32,000 nucleotides of DNA, taken from Salisaeta longa DSM 21114. Its GTDB lineage: Bacteria > Bacteroidota > Rhodothermia > Rhodothermales > Salinibacteraceae. Both the position numbers and the translations under genes were made by a program. Location of the stretch: assembly GCF_000419585.1 (NCBI RefSeq), contig NZ_ATTH01000002.1:95873-127872 (forward strand), written 5' to 3'. Each line of letters opens with the position of its first letter. Within the stretch, counting starts at the first letter, position 1. The notes beneath the pieces were generated by a model. That model made no database searches. It was given only the letters and a program-made list of their open reading frames with translations, and had not been told where the DNA came from. Shown here piece after piece: positions 30,876-32,000 of this stretch.

Positions 30876-32000
30876 TCAGAGGAGCGCCGGGCCTCCCGGT
30901 GCAAAGCTCACCTTCCCAGCGACAAACCGTTCCAGAAAGGCTTGCATTCCAACGGTCGTGCTCAGGTCTTCGGTGGTGAGGTGACGGCGTATTTCTTTTG
31001 CGAAGATCCATCCACGGTCTCCCTTGGTGCTCTCCACACGAATCATGATGCCGTACCTGCCCTGAAGCTTTGCTCCTAGAATGGTCCAGTCGGCCCGCTC
31101 GAAGACCAGGCGATCGCCTTTTGAAAACGCCCCCAGGCGCTCCTTCCGGTTTTCGTTGGAGATATCCCCAGCACGGTACAGGAAGCGGTCGTCGAAATCG
31201 CGCGACTTCTGGTCTCCCGACATCTGGTCGTCGCCCGGTCCGCCAATCAGCGTGTCTTCGCCGTTGTTGCCGCTGATCCGATCGTCGCCTTCCCCGCCGT
31301 CGATGACGTCGCCCGGCATGAAGGAGCCGCCGAGCACGTCGTTGCCTTTGCCTCCGTTGATGCGAACGGGAGTACGGAGCGCGTTGGCGCGCACGATGTC
31401 ATCGCCATTGCCGCCCTGCAGGCGTTCGACACTGGCGCGGTCCATGTAGAATCGCTTGCCTCCGGTGCCGCGGTTGTCGAGGCGCACCCAGTCGGTGCCG
31501 CTGCCGCCGCTCACATGCTCGGCGAAGGTCCACGGCGTCGCATCCGCAAAGTCTTCTTTCCCAACGTACCACAGCTTGTCGTTGCCATCTCCGCCGAAGA
31601 GCTTGTCTGCGAAGCGCGGGCTGCCGCCCAGCTCGTCGCCCCGCAGCTGGTCATTGCCATCGTCGCCATACAGAATGTCGGCATCAAGATGCCCAACCAG
31701 CGTGTCGTCGCCGTCGCCGCCGCGGAGGATATCTTCGCCCTTCCCGCCATGCAGATGGTCATCGCCAGGCCCTCCATCGAGGTTGTCCGCGCCTGGGCCT
31801 CCCACTAGGCGATCGTTGCCCGCGGGGTAAGAGACGGGGTGGATGTTTACGGCGTCGCTTTTCAGGACATCGTCACCGGGACCGCCGTACAGGTAGTCGT
31901 CGAATGCTCCCCCGTACAGCTCATCGTCGCCGTCGCCGCCGTGCATCTCGAGAATGCCGCGCTGGAACGAGGCAATCACGTCGTTGCCATTGTCCCCGAA
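30876..32000 (-). CDS. RTX-type (hemolysin-type) calcium-binding repeat protein, C-terminal 374 aa (5' end beyond the window)
   Basis: Track ORF 30876..31979 continues in frame to the window end (...FGDNGNDVIASFQRG...). It has many GGxGxD nonapeptide repeats (GGDGDDELYGG, GGPGDDVL, GGPGADNLDGGPGDDHLHGGKGEDILRGGDGDDTL, GGNGDDIV, GGKGNDVL, GGEGDDRISGNNGEDTLIGGPGDDQ), followed by a ~100-aa non-repeat C-terminus. Confidence 0.85.
   Translation of the reverse strand, partial: FGDNGNDVIASFQRGILEMHGGDGDDELYGGAFDDYLYGGPGDDVLKSDAVNIHPVSYPAGNDRLVGGPGADNLDGGPGDDHLHGGKGEDILRGGDGDDTLVGHLDADILYGDDGNDQLRGDELGGSPRFADKLFGGDGNDKLWYVGKEDFADATPWTFAEHVSGGSGTDWVRLDNRGTGGKRFYMDRASVERLQGGNGDDIVRANALRTPVRINGGKGNDVLGGSFMPGDVIDGGEGDDRISGNNGEDTLIGGPGDDQMSGDQKSRDFDDRFLYRAGDISNENRKERLGAFSKGDRLVFERADWTILGAKLQGRYGIMIRVESTKGDRGWIFAKEIRRHLTTEDLSTTVGMQAFLERFVAGKVSFAPGGPALL

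Overview
This is a 32-kb, high-GC bacterial chromosomal window. I can support 28 CDS (most on the minus strand) plus one orphan gene fragment. I found no rRNA, tRNA or CRISPR array. The gene families present (PF06580-type kinase with a LytTR regulator, an ABC-2 permease::M1 peptidase fusion, a ~496-aa IDH), the weak Shine-Dalgarno usage and the very acidic protein tails suggest a halophilic Rhodothermota/Bacteroidota-like (Salinibacter-like) genome; that is inference only. The left third holds a PhzF-like gene, a truncated integron-integrase-like protein and a co-directional string icd - dabB - dabA - P-II-like - VOC (a DAB-type inorganic-carbon pump). The middle holds DUF2294, a secreted protein, umuDC, a CaCA antiporter, a DoxX-like protein, a DUF2459 lipoprotein with a GT2 glycosyltransferase, a fatty-acid-hydroxylase-family enzyme, and a TetR-like gene next to an ABC1/UbiB-family kinase. 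The main result concerns the 3' end of that kinase gene. A 310-bp stretch (the last ~266 bp of the gene including its stop, plus 44 bp downstream; 17645-17954) recurs at 30153-30462. The offset is exactly 12,508 bp with no indels, and the 293-bp core has 5 mismatches, 4 of them synonymous. These repeats bracket a 12.2-kb insertion with no integrase. The insertion carries nine co-directional genes: a LytTR response regulator, a TraB/GumN-family protein, an M50-like membrane metalloprotease, an ABC ATPase, a 1219-aa ABC-2 permease::M1 metallopeptidase fusion, a membrane-only LytS/YehU-type kinase, and a NatAB-like ABC pair. The kinase-to-regulator core looks less GC-rich than its surroundings in spot counts. 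I propose this as an uncharacterised peptide processing/export/sensing module, or alternatively a peptide-toxin immunity module. The window ends in a partial RTX-type calcium-binding repeat protein.
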